Notes under the pieces: model-generated | Told to the model about the DNA's origin: nothing | The model's input: only the letters and a program-made list of their open reading frames with translations | Database searches by the model: none | Translations under genes and position numbers: made by a program | Part shown: in pieces, positions 60,310-64,000 of the stretch | Numbering within the stretch: position 1 is the stretch's first letter | Layout of the letters: each line of letters begins with the position of its first letter | Assembly: GCA_965637545.1 (NCBI GenBank) | Contig: OZ281498.1 | Location: 10,726,001-10,790,000 of the forward strand | Origin: Phallusia mammillata | Lineage: Eukaryota | Direction: 5' to 3' | DNA length: 64,000 nucleotides

Positions 60310-62246
60310 ATGAAGATTTTTATTCTGACCATCGCGTGTGTTTTTATTGGGGCTGCAAGCGCAGTGACGTATTACCCAGGTAAGATAAATGGCGGGACAC
60401 ATAACAGTGCAAACTTGTTATAATCGTAAACGCAAAATTGTGTAACTAGGCTTATATGCATATCAAACTTACGATGTCAATGCGACTTTCGAGTAAATAA
60501 AGCTTTAATTTGAAAAGTTGATGGCTAATATTTAGTCGTGTATTCTTAATTTTGCCTTAAACAAATTTTCCTCGTCTAGTTACTTACAACAATCTCGGAT
60601 GTTGGAGAGACCAAATAATCAGAGCACTTTGGTCGAGAGAAGGAGATGCTATTCTTGATGGCAGCTACCAAACAAGATCCAACGCGATTGCAAAATGCGC
60701 CAGAGCCGCTTACAAACATGGCGACGACGTATTTGCTCTTCAGGTAATGCTTCGTTGACCAGTGTTGTGGTCATAAATGTTGGTCCATGTGATATGTTTT
60801 ATTGACGCTTTAGTGCAGGAGTCTTCAACCTTTTTGGCTCAATTTTTGGCCTTTCAAGGGCACTGGCTCAAAATCGACTCCCTATGAGATTAATTCTTGC
60901 CTTTTGAGCTGATGTGGGCGGTTAGATTCACCTAGCAACACGAAATCTTCCATTACCAGTTAATGTCTAGTTTCATTGCTACTACAATAGAACAGACAAA
61001 GTCTATCAATTCTTCTAACCGCTAACGCACCTGACAATAATTTGTTCAACCATAGATAAAACAATATTACGAATACATGAAACAAATGCCTTCTTTTGTT
61101 GAAAACAATTACTTGGTAGAGGATAATCTAAAATTATACAAATTCTTCGCAGTTTGGGAAGCGCTTGTAGGCCTATAGGAAGTGTGAAAGCGAAACAAGT
61201 TTGAGGTAAAGCTCGTTACCGCTGTTTTCAAAAAGTATGGCCCGTTACTACACATAGCCTTAATAAACGTGGCATAAGAAATGCTCAACCTTGCTTTCGA
61301 GATCACAAAAAATACAAACAATCGCAAGTAAACACAATGTATTCAAATGGTAGGTTGATGCATCCCTTGTTTGCAAGACGAGTTATATCTGTTAGTAAGT
61401 TAAAGTTAGCTGAGTCACACAGTTCTTGTACATATTTATACAATCAGTAATCGCCTCCTTTTGAAGTAAAATCGTCCCCCAACTTCCAAAATTGTCACCA
61501 TCGCCCTCTCGGTAGACGTAATCGCCCCGTTGTAGAAACCTGCTTTTGTGTCTTCATTCATGAAATAACAAACCAAACAAATCGTTTAAACATAGCATGA
61601 GACTTTATTTGCTCCTTGTTCAAATATAACCTCTATAAATAGTCTATTTGTTTTTTCAGGACGGCGGTGGGTGCGGCAGTTCACCCACAGCTCGTGGTTT
61701 TTACCGTAAATATGGTGTGAGCAGCGCATGTGCAGCTGACGGTGAAGGTGGAAATTTGGCCAATCAGGTTTACGAAATCACCTCAATTTCTGAAGGTGAT
61801 TGTTCGGTCAAGTTATGGAATTACTTTTCGAAGCGTAAATTCTTTGAGTAAAATATTTTTCATTCAGGAAACTAATTTTATCCATGATATATTTTGATCA
61901 ACTTAAACAAAAACAGAAGCAAATTATCAAATTTTAATTGTCAGTTTCACTTGTTAATCTCGGTTGTTGGAAAGACACACCATATCGTGCCATTCCAACA
62001 CTTGAGGGACTCGACCCAGTCCTGGACGGACATTTTGGCTCACGCCAGGATGCGATCGCCAAATGTGTGCAAGCTGCTTATGCGCGAGGTTATAAGGTCA
62101 TTGCATTGCAAGCCAGTGGTTGGTGCGCTGGAGCACGTGACGCCGCTCTGACATACAAAAAATATGGACCTAGCACCATCTGTGGACATGACGGTGAAGG
62201 AGGAACGTGGGCCAATCAAGTTTACCGCATTCGTAAAACGACGTAA
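60310..62246 (+). CDS. W5: secreted two-WSC-like-domain protein, 223 aa, intact
   Basis: Exons 60310-60379, 60580-60743, 61660-61795, 61945-62246 (672 nt, in phase); signal peptide MKIFILTIACVFIGAASA. Confidence 0.88.
60816..61290. mobile_element. Probable truncated hAT-type insertion in W5 intron 2
   Basis: ~480 bp absent from the W4 intron; starts CAGGAGTCTTCAACC (hAT-MITE-like end). No matching second terminus was found. Confidence 0.4.
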
Positions 62247-63387
62247 GTAAAAATCTCGGAAATATAATTTGTTTATAAAGTGTCATAAAGTTTGCAACCC
62301 AAACTGAAGTTACCAATTGTGAAAGCATCACTCCCGTTGTCCTAGCTCATTTGCTTCGTGCACATTGTACCTCAACCATATAACAACATTAATTATTGAA
62401 CAGATTTGATATAACACGCACCTATTCTTAAGCTAAAATTATCTGATAAAGTTCGTCCAAACATTTTCCTCAATATTTCAGGACCTACTAGCGTCAATGC
62501 ATCTATAAATGTATCAACGCACCTGAAGATATCATCAACATCGGATTTGTATATTTGTATGAAAATAAAACACTAACAAACTTGCATTAAATGTTGAAAT
62601 GTTTGCTGCTGTAAGAAAAGCCAGAAAGGCCAGTGGTAGTCGAGGACCAAGCAAATTACAAGATTTAAATTAGGCCATAGACAACTTTCAAGGAAAAATA
62701 TGTTTTGGTGATATGAACTTGTCATGAGAGTAAGTTTATTAGATTTAAACACAAGTTTCACAAAAACATTTCACAATTACACCATTTTTTTTTATTTATT
62801 TAAAAATTTTAAAAAAAAACGCTGCTAGGGAAAACAGCTTTTTTGCAGTTAAACCATCAAACAAACAAAACTCACGTTAAAGGCTTGGCGTTCTTTTGGG
62901 GAAAAAGGGCTTACTTATCTAACATTTAAACAATATTTGCATGGTGGGGTTCATAAACTTGCCACGTTTTAAAGCTCGAATTACGGCGAAAATATTTATA
63001 AAACAAAGATTTGCAAAATATTGTCAGCAAAGACACTACGTTGAAACAATAGAAATTGAAAAGCTAATATAAGGCCGAAGAAATAATCATGCGAAATGTG
63101 TTTGTGTAAAATGGCGCCATATTATACTCTGATTGGTGTACCAGAACACGTGATGCCTCTCCTTATGACGAGACCTACAACCATAGGAACTAAACTTGAG
63201 GCGTAATTATAAAATTTAATAAGTGACACCAAATTGTTTACGCTTCTGGTCAGTTTATCTACAAGATCCAACACTTCATTCATTTCAATACATTTTTAAT
63301 ACGCAACTGTAATAATAAAATCAAAAGTCAACATGTGAAATAACCCACAGTGGGACTTCAACACAGTTATTTTACAACCGTGTAAAC

Positions 63388-63799
63388 CAGCGGTTCTCAA
63401 ACTGGGGCCCCCGGTCCTTTAGGGGTCCGTGAGGTAATTTTTTTTTTTGGGGGGGGAAAGGTTGAAGTAATTTTATAATCTTATTTGGCATCAGTTTTTG
63501 CCACTGAATAAGTTTAAATCAAAGTAGAATTGAGAATTGACTGTCTCCATTGCTAAACAATAGCCTTTATTGTATGACAACTAAAAAAATGCAATTGTTA
63601 GCACAGAATCGTAATGTTTTTTGTCATGTTTGTGATGTCACAAGCTATCTTTGGAACGCGAAATTTTGCATAACTTGCTAAAATCCTGCAATCAACTTTC
63701 GTTTTCTGAAATACGCATTCAAGCTTAAGGACCGCGAGCCCTCGAAAGAATGGCAAGGGACCGTTTTGAAAAAATAATGAAAAAGTTTGAGAACCACAG
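63388..63799. mobile_element. hAT-type MITE
   Basis: Termini CAGCGGTTCTCAAACT and AGTTTGAGAACCACAG; perfect 8-bp TSD GTGTAAAC; single-copy empty site at ~58072 in the paralogous unit. Confidence 0.92.
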
Positions 63800-64000
63800 G
63801 TGTAAACTGACAAGAATTGTTAATTGCAGCGAAAACCATGACGTAAAACATTACAACATGTTGCAAAATATTTGCATTATTATAACTGTTGGAAACTGAC
63901 ATTTGCTTACTCAACAATACTTGGTAAGAAATTCATATTTACACTTGACAATGAGCAAAACATGCTGACTCACTAATGATGACAGTGCAAGGTGTTGTAG

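Noticed and set aside
6552-62246. Identity with known ascidian allorecognition or self-sterility loci (fuhc/fester, Themis, VC70)
   Set aside because: No Ig, Sushi, fibrinogen, polycystin or long EGF-array/ZP architecture is visible, and the organism itself is not established.

Overview
AT-rich metazoan genomic DNA with short GT-AG introns. An invertebrate chordate or ascidian-like source is plausible but is inference only. Left to right: the 3' part of a BEL/Pao LTR retrotransposon (1-2836); a tandem array of an 11-exon gene for a putative GPI-anchored protein (signal peptide, Fn3-like domain with Cys-rich insert, Fn3, two EGF, GPI signal), comprising one intact 477-aa copy (6552-10289), one disrupted copy (11573-15136) and exon remnants; and a five-member family of secreted ~223-225-aa proteins with two 4-Cys WSC-like domains (three copies on -, two on +; two copies carry a frameshift or nonsense codon). 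The three minus-strand copies lie in three tandem segments whose junctions are exactly occupied by two defective copies of one Gypsy element (24684-30846, 37446-43899). The flanks of that element come from two different ancestral sites, which points to retrotransposon-mediated unequal recombination as the amplification mechanism. Also present: a very young intact Mag-type Gypsy (43989-48146), a solo LTR in two copies, hAT-type MITEs and a tRNA-derived SINE. All gene models and alignments were made by eye; domain names are motif-based and need HMM confirmation.
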